A stretch of 64,000 nt of DNA from Oscillospiraceae bacterium (lineage in GTDB: Bacteria > Bacillota > Clostridia > Oscillospirales > QAMX01), in the NCBI GenBank assembly GCA_015067825.1, contig SVLQ01000008.1, positions 777 to 64,776 of the forward strand, written 5' to 3'. Position 1 is the stretch's first letter, and every line of letters starts with the position of its first letter. The notes beneath the pieces were generated by a model. It did no database searches and was not told the origin of the DNA. It worked only from the letters and a program-made list of their open reading frames with translations. A program made the position numbers and the translations under genes. Shown piece after piece: positions 48,629-57,328 of this stretch.

Positions 48629-49441
48629 ATGTTGCTAAGAGATCGTTGTTGGCTCTGGGGACATCCGGAGGGGTGTTTTAACGGGAAATGCGGCCTGAAA
48701 GACGACTCCAGAATGACGCCGATGGAGTGCTGTGATTATCTTGACATCGGCAATACCTTTATGGTGCCGATGGGCTTCAAAGTGGACCGGCGCAAATATA
48801 ACAAATCCTTCAAACGCTTACGCGGCGTTGGCTGGGATTGCTTCAATGCCGCGATAGAACCCGAAAAGATTGAACTGCTGATTGCGGACGCACGGGATTT
48901 CAATAATGTCAAGGTCGGTGTGTTTGACGATTTCAAAAACTGGGACGATAAGGATGAGCCTCCGCGCTACAAGCAGTTTCCCATCCAAAATCTGTACGAC
49001 GTGATCGGACGGATGCATGATAACGAAGTCAGACGCCTGGAATCGTGGATGGTGCTGTATACGCGCCTGTTTGGCGTCGATGAGCAGGACGACCGCGATT
49101 TCCAGCCCTACATGGATGCATTCGATGGCATCATTATGTGGACGTGGGAGGAACGCAACATTCCGCTGATCCCTGAAAAATTTGAGATCTTCAAAAAACT
49201 GACACCCAAGAACCGCCGTATGTTTGGATGCTATCTCTATGATTTCGATCAGTCCAAGCCGTCAACCCCCGAACTGGTCAAGTGGCAGCTGGATTTCTAC
49301 TACGAGCAGATGAAAAAAGGAGATGCCGAAGGCATCGTGTTCCACACGAACACGATGGCCGACCTCGATTTGGCGGCGTACGATGTGGCTTGTGCGTGGC
49401 TTGACGCCCACGGCGACGAAGAAGTTCCCGATCGAAACTGA
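48629..49441 (+). CDS. hypothetical protein
   Basis: 270-aa ORF with AAAGGAG upstream and coding-like composition. No domain recognised by eye. Confidence 0.6.
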   Translation: MLLRDRCWLWGHPEGCFNGKCGLKDDSRMTPMECCDYLDIGNTFMVPMGFKVDRRKYNKSFKRLRGVGWDCFNAAIEPEKIELLIADARDFNNVKVGVFDDFKNWDDKDEPPRYKQFPIQNLYDVIGRMHDNEVRRLESWMVLYTRLFGVDEQDDRDFQPYMDAFDGIIMWTWEERNIPLIPEKFEIFKKLTPKNRRMFGCYLYDFDQSKPSTPELVKWQLDFYYEQMKKGDAEGIVFHTNTMADLDLAAYDVACAWLDAHGDEEVPDRN

Positions 49442-49463
49442 AAAACGCAAAGGAGTCCAACCG

Positions 49464-50597
49464 ATGAATTTTCCCTCCACCAAAATCCAAACCGTTGCAA
49501 TTGAACCGGGACGGCGGATTCTTGCCACAAGCGATATCCACGGTTATTATTCTTACTTTGAAAAGATCCTAGCCAAGGCCGGTTTTGGCAGCAACGATAT
49601 TCTGCTGATCGTCGGCGATATGATCGAAAAAGGCCCCAACAGCTTGGCCACGCTGCGCCGTGTGATGGAGCTCTGCAAACAGGAAAACGTGATCGCGCTG
49701 ATCGGCAACGTCGATGCTACGCGCATGAAAATCATCAACGAGCTCTGCGAAGAGAACGTCGATGGTTTCTACCGCTATTGCCTGAGCCTGCGGGCGTGGA
49801 ACGGCTCGAGCTTTTTCGATGAACTCGCCGAAGAGTGCGGCTATAAAATCGAATCCGCGGCCGATATCCTGCGGGCAAAGCAGGATGTGATCGCCCATTT
49901 TGAGCCGGAATTCAACTTCCTTGCGGGCCTGCCGACGGTGGTGGAAACACAGAACTACGTGTTCGTCCACGGCGGCCTGCGCGAGCGGGCGGTGGCGGAC
50001 AATCGGGATAAAGGCCTCTTCGAGCTCACCAAATACGACGATTTCATGACCCAAACACCCCACGTTTTCGACAAATACGTCGTCGTCGGCCATTGGCCGG
50101 TCGCGCTCTATAATGGGGAGATCCAGCAGCAGAACCCGATTGTTAACCGCGAAAAGAAAATCATTTCCCTCGACGGCGGCTGTGGGGTCGAGAAAGTGTG
50201 CCAGCTCAATCTCCTCGTCATTCCCGATATCAACGCGCCGATCGACGCGGTCAGCTTTCTGAGCTACGACGATATCCCAACGGTGCGCGCGCTGGATGCG
50301 CAGGAGGCGAGCGCCGAATCCGTGCATATCTACTGGACAAATCGGGCGATCACGCTGCTCGAACGCGGCGACGAACGCTCCTATATCGAGCACGTTTCCA
50401 GTGGACGCAGGCTGTACGTGCCGAATTCGTATCTGAAAAGCGATACCGAGTGCTATCCCTATACGAGCTACGAGCTGCCAGTGCAGCCGGGCGACCGCCT
50501 GTCGCTGATCTCGGAATCGCCGCACGGCTGTGTTGTCAAGAAAGACGGCGTGATCGGCTGGTACCGCGGCGCGTATGAGCCGGACGATTCGCTGTAA
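49464..50597 (+). CDS. metallophosphoesterase (PPP/ApaH-like phosphatase family)
   Basis: ORF 49323-50597 trimmed to MNFPSTKIQ (ATG 49464, AAAGGAG upstream). Motifs SDIHGYY, GDMIEKG, GNVD, VHGG and GHWP are present. Confidence 0.75.
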   Translation: MNFPSTKIQTVAIEPGRRILATSDIHGYYSYFEKILAKAGFGSNDILLIVGDMIEKGPNSLATLRRVMELCKQENVIALIGNVDATRMKIINELCEENVDGFYRYCLSLRAWNGSSFFDELAEECGYKIESAADILRAKQDVIAHFEPEFNFLAGLPTVVETQNYVFVHGGLRERAVADNRDKGLFELTKYDDFMTQTPHVFDKYVVVGHWPVALYNGEIQQQNPIVNREKKIISLDGGCGVEKVCQLNLLVIPDINAPIDAVSFLSYDDIPTVRALDAQEASAESVHIYWTNRAITLLERGDERSYIEHVSSGRRLYVPNSYLKSDTECYPYTSYELPVQPGDRLSLISESPHGCVVKKDGVIGWYRGAYEPDDSL

Positions 50598-50663
50598 GAA
50601 AGGGCGAATGCTCTCTGCAGAGATCGTTTCCGCGTAAAAGAGATGAGAAAAGGAGCATACATC

Positions 50664-51515
50664 ATGAAAATTCCCCATATTGTCGGCGATTGGCAAGTCC
50701 TTTTCCGTCCCGAAGACCACGGCAACTATGTCAACGACCACACGATTGTCAAAGGCTCCGACGGCGCCTGGCATCTCTACGGGATTGCAAGCTTTGGCAG
50801 GCGCGCATATGACGAGCGTTGGTTTGTCCACGGCAGAGGCGAGCGTTTGGATGCGCCGATGGAAGAGGTCGGCCGTTCGATTGATCGCGGCACGTTGGCG
50901 TGGGCACCGTGTGTGATCGAGCGGGATGGCATCTATTATATGTTTTACGGACCTTCGCCGACCTCGCTGGCCGTGTCGTTTGATATGCGCGAGTGGTACG
51001 GCCATACGGTCACTCTGCGAAACGAACCGCTGATGGCCGCACATCGCGATCATTTTGTGTTGAAGCTCTCTGAAAACGAATATCTGATGTATGTGGTCGG
51101 TGTGCATGAGAGGAAAGGCGCAGTCTCGTGTTTTCGTTCAGGCGATTTGCTCACGTGGGATTTTGTCGGCTTTGCCCTGACCTCCGGCGACGATGCACCG
51201 CTCAAGCCCGGTTGGGGTGCGATGGAGTCGCCGTTTGTGCTCAAAAAAGACGGCCTCTACTACCTTTTCATCACCTACACCGACAGCTCTGCCGAAACCT
51301 ATCAGGATACGCTCGTGTTCTGCTCGGCCGATCCGCTGCAGTTTGGGCAGTATAACGGTGGAAATGGCGGGGCAATTCCGATCACCAAGCTGCAGGCCCA
51401 TGCGCCGGAAATCCTGGAGGAAAACGGCGAGACCTATATCACAACCTGCGGTTGGTTGCACCGTCCCAACCCGAACCCGGGCACGGTGTCGATCGCGCGT
51501 TTGCTGTGGAAATAA
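50664..51515 (+). CDS. five-bladed beta-propeller glycoside hydrolase-like protein (GH43-like)
   Basis: ORF 50643-51515 trimmed to MKIPHIV (ATG 50664, AAAGGAG upstream). WAPCVIERDGIYYMFYG and MESPFVLKKDGLYYLF resemble GH43-clan blades. Confidence 0.6.
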   Translation: MKIPHIVGDWQVLFRPEDHGNYVNDHTIVKGSDGAWHLYGIASFGRRAYDERWFVHGRGERLDAPMEEVGRSIDRGTLAWAPCVIERDGIYYMFYGPSPTSLAVSFDMREWYGHTVTLRNEPLMAAHRDHFVLKLSENEYLMYVVGVHERKGAVSCFRSGDLLTWDFVGFALTSGDDAPLKPGWGAMESPFVLKKDGLYYLFITYTDSSAETYQDTLVFCSADPLQFGQYNGGNGGAIPITKLQAHAPEILEENGETYITTCGWLHRPNPNPGTVSIARLLWK

Positions 51516-51620
51516 ACGCGGAAAATACCGGACTGACAGCGTTTGGGTATAGCCTGCGGGCCTTTCTTTCTGCGGTGTAAGATAAAATGCATCGATCCGA
51601 ACCGACGGACATAACCAAAA

Positions 51621-51667
51621 AAACTCCGACCTGTGAGCGTAATCATAGGTCGGAGTTTGATTTTTTT
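51621..51667. terminator. Bidirectional intrinsic terminator
   Basis: aaactccgacct / aggtcggagttt stem flanked by AAAAAAA and TTTTTTT, between convergent genes. Confidence 0.75.
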
Positions 51668-51679
51668 GCCCATTTCGCG

Positions 51680-52141
51680 TTAGCCATGGCATCGTTGCGC
51701 CAAATATTTGCGCAAAACACCGGCGATCGGCGGTGAGAGGTTTTCCGGGATTTCGTCGGGGGCAAACCAACGCAAGGCTTCAACCTCGTCTGGCTGGGCA
51801 CGCAGAGAACCGTGCCAGCGCCGACAGATATAGACGATATCCACGTTGGAAACCTCGTCGCCGTTGGGATAGACATAGTGCGTTTCCTTGCCCGAAAACA
51901 CGCCGAACAGCGTCAGCTCATCGGCGATCAGCCCGGTCTCCTCCCAAAGCTCGCGCCGTGCGGCGGTCTCAACCTCTTCGTCGAGCTCGACCGCACCGCC
52001 GGCGTAACCCCAGCAGTGGTTGTCGCTCCGCTGCTGCAGCAGAATGCGCCCGGCCGCATCCTCCACGATCACACCGCCGCCAACCTGTAAAAGCGGGCGG
52101 TGGCCGACAAGCTTGCGCAGATCCATGATGTAGTTGGACAT
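51680..52141 (-). CDS. NUDIX hydrolase
   Basis: ORF 51680-52177 trimmed to MSNYIMDL (ATG at 52141, GGAGG upstream), 153 aa. Nudix box GGAVELDEEVETAARRELWEETG. Confidence 0.85.
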   Translation of the reverse strand: MSNYIMDLRKLVGHRPLLQVGGGVIVEDAAGRILLQQRSDNHCWGYAGGAVELDEEVETAARRELWEETGLIADELTLFGVFSGKETHYVYPNGDEVSNVDIVYICRRWHGSLRAQPDEVEALRWFAPDEIPENLSPPIAGVLRKYLAQRCHG

Positions 52142-52142
52142 G

Positions 52143-52793
52143 TTATTCCTCCGTCGGCAAAGCAACCAATTCGTCAAAAATGCGCGTCAGCTTTTCGCTG
52201 ACTCGCTCTTTTTTGTGGTGATGCCCCTCAAACCAGTGCGTGTAGGCGACATTCGCCTCGATCCACGCGCACAACCCGGCGAGTGTGGGCGCTTGGGGAT
52301 CGTCGCCGCGCTCAAATTTGTGCGTGAGCACGTAATCAATGCGGTTGCCGTGGCGTGCGAGATTTGCGCGGGCGTGGGCGATCTCGGCAGCACTGGGCTC
52401 TTCTTCGGGGTACCAAAGCCCCATTTCCTTCCATTTGGCACTGCTTTTGCACCCGCCTATCACGAAGAACCGCTTGTTTGCGATCTCGTAAATCTCGCCG
52501 CGCTGCAAGTAAACGATCTGCTCCGTCAGCCGGTGCACCGTTCCGCCGCACCATTGCTCGGTCGGAAAGCTGCGCAGCCACGGGTAGTTTTCGTGGTTGC
52601 CGTCGATGATCGCGATCGGAAAGGGTAACGCGAGAAATTCTTTGGTAAAGCGGCGGTTTTCCTCGGTGGGGCGGAAGGCGAGCTCGGTATCGCCAAGGAG
52701 GATTAGCAGATCACCCGGACGATATGTCCGGCGGTATGCCGTGAGCCCGGATGCATATTCGCCGCCGTGCGGATCGCTCAAGAGGTAAATCAT
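52143..52793 (-). CDS. metallophosphoesterase (small Ser/Thr-phosphatase-like)
   Basis: 216 aa with motifs LSDPHG, LGD and DGNHEN. Its stop codon lies 1 nt from the NUDIX start codon. Confidence 0.75.
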   Translation of the reverse strand: MIYLLSDPHGGEYASGLTAYRRTYRPGDLLILLGDTELAFRPTEENRRFTKEFLALPFPIAIIDGNHENYPWLRSFPTEQWCGGTVHRLTEQIVYLQRGEIYEIANKRFFVIGGCKSSAKWKEMGLWYPEEEPSAAEIAHARANLARHGNRIDYVLTHKFERGDDPQAPTLAGLCAWIEANVAYTHWFEGHHHKKERVSEKLTRIFDELVALPTEE

Positions 52794-52950
52794 GCGTCTC
52801 GCCTCCCCGAAATGGTGATACCAAAATTATAACACGCGGCCGCATCTTTTGCAAGCTGCACAAAAATCGTGCAAGATTCTGCGCTGCTTGATTACAGAGG
52901 TGATTTGTGCTATACTTTAGATAACGCACAACAAATAAGGAGGTTTCTCT

Positions 52951-53778
52951 ATGCTCCCTACCATTCAAATCGGCAATCTCGCGGTCTCGCGCCTGATCGT
53001 AGGCGGGAACCCCTTTAGTGGCAACAGCCACGTCAACGGCGACCTGAATGACCAGATGATCGACTATTTTACCACCGCCAAGCTCAAGGAAACGCTCTTT
53101 CACTGCGAAGAATGCGGCATCAACACAATGCAGCTCCGCGGCGACGCCTATATGTGGCGCATCGTCAGAGAATACCGCAACGAGGGTGGCAAAATGCTCT
53201 GGATCGCCCAGACCGCATCCGAATACGGCTCCTTCGAAGGCAACGTGAACACGCTGGCCAACAACGGCGCCGATGCGATCTACCACCACGGCACCAAAAC
53301 CGACTCGATGTTCAAAGACGGCGAAATCGACATCCTTCTCGACCGCCTGAAGATCATCCGCGCAACCGGTCTGCCGGTCGGCCTTGCCACCCATATGCCC
53401 GAGGTCATCTACTATGCCGAGGAGCACAACTGGGACGTCGACTTCTACATGGGCTGTGTCTATAACCTGAGCCGCGAAAACCGTGTCAGCAGCGCGATCA
53501 CCGGCATCGCCAACTCTGGCGAGGCGTTTTATGAAGAGGATATCCCGCTGATGTACGAGGCGATCCGCGCGGCCAAAAAACCGTGCCTCGCCTTCAAAAT
53601 CCTCGGTGCGACTCGCCGCTGCCAATCGCAGGAAACGGTGCAGGCGGCGTTCGACGAGGCCTTCCGCGAGATCAAGCCGACCGACGGCGTGATCGTCGGC
53701 GTTTACCCCAACGGCCGCGATGAGGTCGCCCTCGACGCGCGCTATACTCGCGAGGCAATCGAAAAGCTCCGGGCGTAA
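52951..53778 (+). CDS. hypothetical protein
   Basis: 275-aa ORF with AAGGAGG upstream and coding-like composition. No domain recognised by eye. Confidence 0.6.
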   Translation: MLPTIQIGNLAVSRLIVGGNPFSGNSHVNGDLNDQMIDYFTTAKLKETLFHCEECGINTMQLRGDAYMWRIVREYRNEGGKMLWIAQTASEYGSFEGNVNTLANNGADAIYHHGTKTDSMFKDGEIDILLDRLKIIRATGLPVGLATHMPEVIYYAEEHNWDVDFYMGCVYNLSRENRVSSAITGIANSGEAFYEEDIPLMYEAIRAAKKPCLAFKILGATRRCQSQETVQAAFDEAFREIKPTDGVIVGVYPNGRDEVALDARYTREAIEKLRA

Positions 53779-53993
53779 TATCTGTGCAAAGCCTCTGCTG
53801 CCGAACAACTTTGTTCGGCAACATGCAATTTGTCGGCCCGCTCAAAAAGGTTCTGCCCAAAACGGCATTTGAGGGGGCGATGGTTTTTGCTTGGTACCGC
53901 CAAAGAATGAAACTTTTTCTGCTGTTTCGGAGAATGTGTTCCACTTGCGCGCTGCTAACCAGCTAAGTTAAAAGGGATTCCCTTGCCGCCCAC

Positions 53994-54022
53994 TTGACGG
54001 AATCGGTGCGGTGTGGTATAAT
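53994..54022 (+). promoter_or_regulatory. SigA-type promoter (TTGACG-17-TATAAT)
   Basis: TTGACG at 53994-53999, 17-nt spacer, TATAAT at 54017-54022. Confidence 0.65.
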
Positions 54023-54066
54023 CAACCGTGTATCTGTTTGCCCTCGCTCAGCGATCTGAAATGTTC

Positions 54067-54099
54067 AGCCGCGGCAAAATTTGCTGCGGCTTTTTCTTT
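54067..54099 (+). terminator. Terminator-like hairpin inside the 5' leader of the Sel1-repeat gene
   Basis: agccgcggc-aaaattt-gctgcggct (9-bp stem with one G-U pair) followed by TTTTTCTTT. Located between the promoter and the start codon. Confidence 0.6.
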
Positions 54100-54136
54100 G
54101 AAAAATACCGAAAATCCCCAAAGGAGGTGAGTCTCG

Positions 54137-57100
54137 GTGAACGAAGAATGGACGATCCCGGAAGAATGGCAGGAGCCGGAACGCGGCGGAACAGCCTCGG
54201 AAGCGGCGAATAGCGATGCTGCGCCGAGCCTCGCCGCCGGAGAAGTGATTTTCCTCGACCCCGAACCGTTTTTGAAGATCTCGGAGTCGATTGCCAAGGA
54301 GCGCGAAGATCTCGCGCAGCTCGCCGAAGCCGCCGAAGGCGGTGATGTCAACGCGCAGTACGAAATGGCCGTGCGCTTCACAGAAGGCCGCGGTGCTAAG
54401 CGCGACATGGCCGAAGCCGCCCGTTGGCTCGAAATGGCCGCCGACAACGGCGATGCCCGCGCTGCCGAAGCGCTGGGGCGCTGCTACCAGTTTGGCGTCG
54501 GCGTTGAGGTTGATTTTGCCAAAGCCGCAGCGCTTTACCGCAAAGCCGCCGACGAAGCCTATCCGCCGGCGCAGTGCTGCCTTGCCCTTTGCCTGATGGG
54601 CGGCATTGGCGTCGAGAAGAATGAAGATGAGGCGCGCCGCCTGATGGAAGAAGCGGCCGCGCAGAACTTTCCGCAAGCGCAGTACCACCTTGCAATGTGG
54701 GCGATCTACGGCGTGGGCGAGGAAAAGAACGAAGAAAAAGGCCTCCGACTGCTCACGCTCGCAGCTGAAGCCGGCTATGCGCCCGCGCTGAGCGGGCTGG
54801 GGCTCTGCTACGAACACGGCACGGGCGTTCCGCTCGATTTCGACCGCGCCGTCAAGCTCTACAACGCTGCTGCCGAGCAGGATTATGCCCCGGCGAAGAC
54901 GAATTTTGCCGCCTGCCAGCTCCACGGCATCGGTGTGGCCAAAGATCCGGCCGCCGCCGTCGAATGGCTCCGCGAAGCCGCCGAACAAGGCGAAATGCGC
55001 GCGCAGCACATGCTCGGCGAATGCTGTGAGAACGGTGTGGGTACCGAGAAGGATCCGGCGCATGCGGCCGAGCTCTACCGTATTGCCGCCGAACGTGGCT
55101 ACCCGCCTGCGCAGTGCAGTCTGGCGGTCTGCTACTTGAACGGCAACGGCGTCGATCGAAGTGCCACCGAAGCGATTGAATGGCTCAACCGCGCGGTCGA
55201 AAGCGGCTTTCCGCGCGCCAAGAGCATTCTGGGACTTTGCTACGAAAACGGCACGGGCGTCGAGGAAGACGAGGCCCGCGCGTTTGATCTCTACCGCGAG
55301 GCGGCCGAGGCCGGCGACCCCGACGGACAGTGCTGTTTCGGCCTCGCGCATCTGAACGCCATCGGCGTCGAGGAAAACGCCGAAGAGGCTGTGCGTTGGC
55401 TCAAGCGCGCCGCCGTGGTCGGTTTGCCGCGCGCACAGGATGCGCTCGGTGTCTGCTACCGCCGCGGTTATGGTGTTGAACAGGATGAACAGCGCGCTGT
55501 GCGGCTGTTTATGGCCGCGGGCGAGCAAAACTATGCGCCTGCACTCTATAATCTTGCCCTCTGCAAGCTCAGTGGTCGCGGAACTGACCGCGACGATCAC
55601 GAAGCCGTTGCGCTCTTGGAACGCGCCATCGAAGAACAGCAGCTCCCGCAGGCCAAGGTCATGCTCGGCAAATGCCTCGAGCGCGGGCTGGGCTGCGCCA
55701 AAGATGCCGTGCGCGCGTTTGCGCTCTACCGGGCGGCCGCCGAAGATGACGACCGCGACGGTCAGTGCTGCTGCGGCCGCTGCCTGATCGACGGTGTTGG
55801 AACCGACGAAGACTATGAAACCGGAATTGCCTGGCTGGAAAAATCGGTCGAGCAGGAGAGCTTTGAAGCGATGACGCTCCTCGGCCGTTGTCTGGAAGAG
55901 GGCTTTGTCGTTGACCGCGACCGTGAGCGGGCCGAGCTCCTCTATTTGCAGGCCGCGGGTGCCGATTTTGCGCCCGCGCAGTACCGCCTCGCGCGGTTTC
56001 TGCTCGCCACGGGCAAAACTGAGGACAACCGCCGCGAAGCGCTGATCTGGATGCGCGCTGCGGCCGACCTCGGCTATGCCGAAGCCGAATTCCGGCTCGG
56101 CGAGTTTTATCTCAAGTGCCCGCCCTCCGATGCGGATGCGCCGACTGCCGCCGCATTGTTCCGGCGAGCGGCCGAAAGCGGCAGTGCCGAAGCGCAGGCT
56201 TCGCTCGGGTTCTGCCTGCTCTATGGCAAGGGCGGTGCGGAAACAAATGAAAAAGAAGCGGTTGCGTGGCTCAAACGCGCGGCCGAACAGCAAAACAGCC
56301 GCGGCAAGCGTATGCTTGCGCGCTGCTACCACCGCGGAATTGGTGTGCCGCTCAACCGCGGCAAGGCCTACCGGCTGTACCGCGATGCCGCGCAGGCGGG
56401 CGATGCCGAAGCGCAGCTGGCGCTGGCCGTGATCCAACTGGCCGAACCCGGTCCGCTGTTTGCCGAGGGGCTTTCGTGGCTCCGGCTGGCCGCCGAACGC
56501 AACCATCCGCCGGCACAAGCGATGCTCGGCGACTGCTACGCGTATGGCGTGGGCGGTGCGGTCGATTTTTCGAAAGCGCGCGTGTGGTATACGCGTGCCG
56601 CCACCTCCGGCGGTGCCGACGAAAAATACAAATTCGGCTGCTTCCTGCTCCGCGATCCTGAAAAAACGGCCAAGCAGAACGCGATCGAGTGGCTCCGCCG
56701 CGCCGAAAAGGCCGGCAGTAAGCTGGCGACCGTGCAGCTCGGCCTGTGCTACGAATCCGGGATTGGGCTTGAGCGCAGCGAGGCCGAGGCAGTGCGCTGC
56801 TATTTGCGCGCGGCCGAAGGCTGCCTGTTTGCAAAGTACCATCTGGGTCGCTGCTACCTGAGCGGGATCGGCGTGCGCAAGGATCTCACCAAAGCGATTG
56901 CGATCCTGCAATCCGCTGCCGACGCCGGTGAACCGATGGCGAGCCTGCTGCTCGCGCAGTGCATGCAGGTCGGCTGCGGCATCTCGCACGATCCCGAACG
57001 CGCCAAAAAGTTGGCGGAAATGGCGATGCGTGTGATGATGCGACAGTATCTCGGCCTGCGCCCCGAGCACCTGCTCGCGCGGGCGCACTGCTTCCGCGAG

Positions 57101-57280
57101 GGCTTGGGCGTCGAGATCGACCCTGCGCGGGAAAAACAGCTCGTCAAACGCGCCAAAGAGCGCGGACTGGACAAATCGATGGTCCCGACGGTGCGCGTTT
57201 CGCGCCGCGGCGAAGTAACCGCGCGCTTTACCGTTCGCAAAAAGCGCACACCTACAGAAAAAACCGAACCGAACACATAA
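54137..57280 (+). CDS. giant Sel1-like repeat (SLR/TPR-clan) protein
   Basis: 1047 aa with GTG start (AAAGGAGG upstream). I count about 26 consecutive 36-aa repeats of the form AQxxLGxCYxxGxGVxxDxxxAxxW/LYxxAAxxGxxx. No signal peptide, and a basic C-terminal tail. Confidence 0.85.
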   Translation: MNEEWTIPEEWQEPERGGTASEAANSDAAPSLAAGEVIFLDPEPFLKISESIAKEREDLAQLAEAAEGGDVNAQYEMAVRFTEGRGAKRDMAEAARWLEMAADNGDARAAEALGRCYQFGVGVEVDFAKAAALYRKAADEAYPPAQCCLALCLMGGIGVEKNEDEARRLMEEAAAQNFPQAQYHLAMWAIYGVGEEKNEEKGLRLLTLAAEAGYAPALSGLGLCYEHGTGVPLDFDRAVKLYNAAAEQDYAPAKTNFAACQLHGIGVAKDPAAAVEWLREAAEQGEMRAQHMLGECCENGVGTEKDPAHAAELYRIAAERGYPPAQCSLAVCYLNGNGVDRSATEAIEWLNRAVESGFPRAKSILGLCYENGTGVEEDEARAFDLYREAAEAGDPDGQCCFGLAHLNAIGVEENAEEAVRWLKRAAVVGLPRAQDALGVCYRRGYGVEQDEQRAVRLFMAAGEQNYAPALYNLALCKLSGRGTDRDDHEAVALLERAIEEQQLPQAKVMLGKCLERGLGCAKDAVRAFALYRAAAEDDDRDGQCCCGRCLIDGVGTDEDYETGIAWLEKSVEQESFEAMTLLGRCLEEGFVVDRDRERAELLYLQAAGADFAPAQYRLARFLLATGKTEDNRREALIWMRAAADLGYAEAEFRLGEFYLKCPPSDADAPTAAALFRRAAESGSAEAQASLGFCLLYGKGGAETNEKEAVAWLKRAAEQQNSRGKRMLARCYHRGIGVPLNRGKAYRLYRDAAQAGDAEAQLALAVIQLAEPGPLFAEGLSWLRLAAERNHPPAQAMLGDCYAYGVGGAVDFSKARVWYTRAATSGGADEKYKFGCFLLRDPEKTAKQNAIEWLRRAEKAGSKLATVQLGLCYESGIGLERSEAEAVRCYLRAAEGCLFAKYHLGRCYLSGIGVRKDLTKAIAILQSAADAGEPMASLLLAQCMQVGCGISHDPERAKKLAEMAMRVMMRQYLGLRPEHLLARAHCFREGLGVEIDPAREKQLVKRAKERGLDKSMVPTVRVSRRGEVTARFTVRKKRTPTEKTEPNT

Positions 57281-57282
57281 AA

Positions 57283-57319
57283 AACCTCTGCGATACAGAA
57301 CGTATCGCAGAGGTTTTTG
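57283..57319. terminator. Bidirectional intrinsic terminator
   Basis: aacctctgcgatac-agaac-gtatcgcagaggtt flanked by A and T runs, between convergent genes. Confidence 0.8.
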
Positions 57320-57328
57320 TCGTATGGA

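Noticed and set aside
54065-57088. 1007-aa ORF on the minus strand, antisense to the Sel1-repeat gene
   Set aside because: The plus-strand frame gives a regular 36-aa Sel1 repeat pattern with an RBS and promoter. The antisense frame is low-complexity (Arg/Ala/Gly-rich), as expected for a stop-free shadow ORF in GC-rich, GCN/GAR-biased coding DNA.
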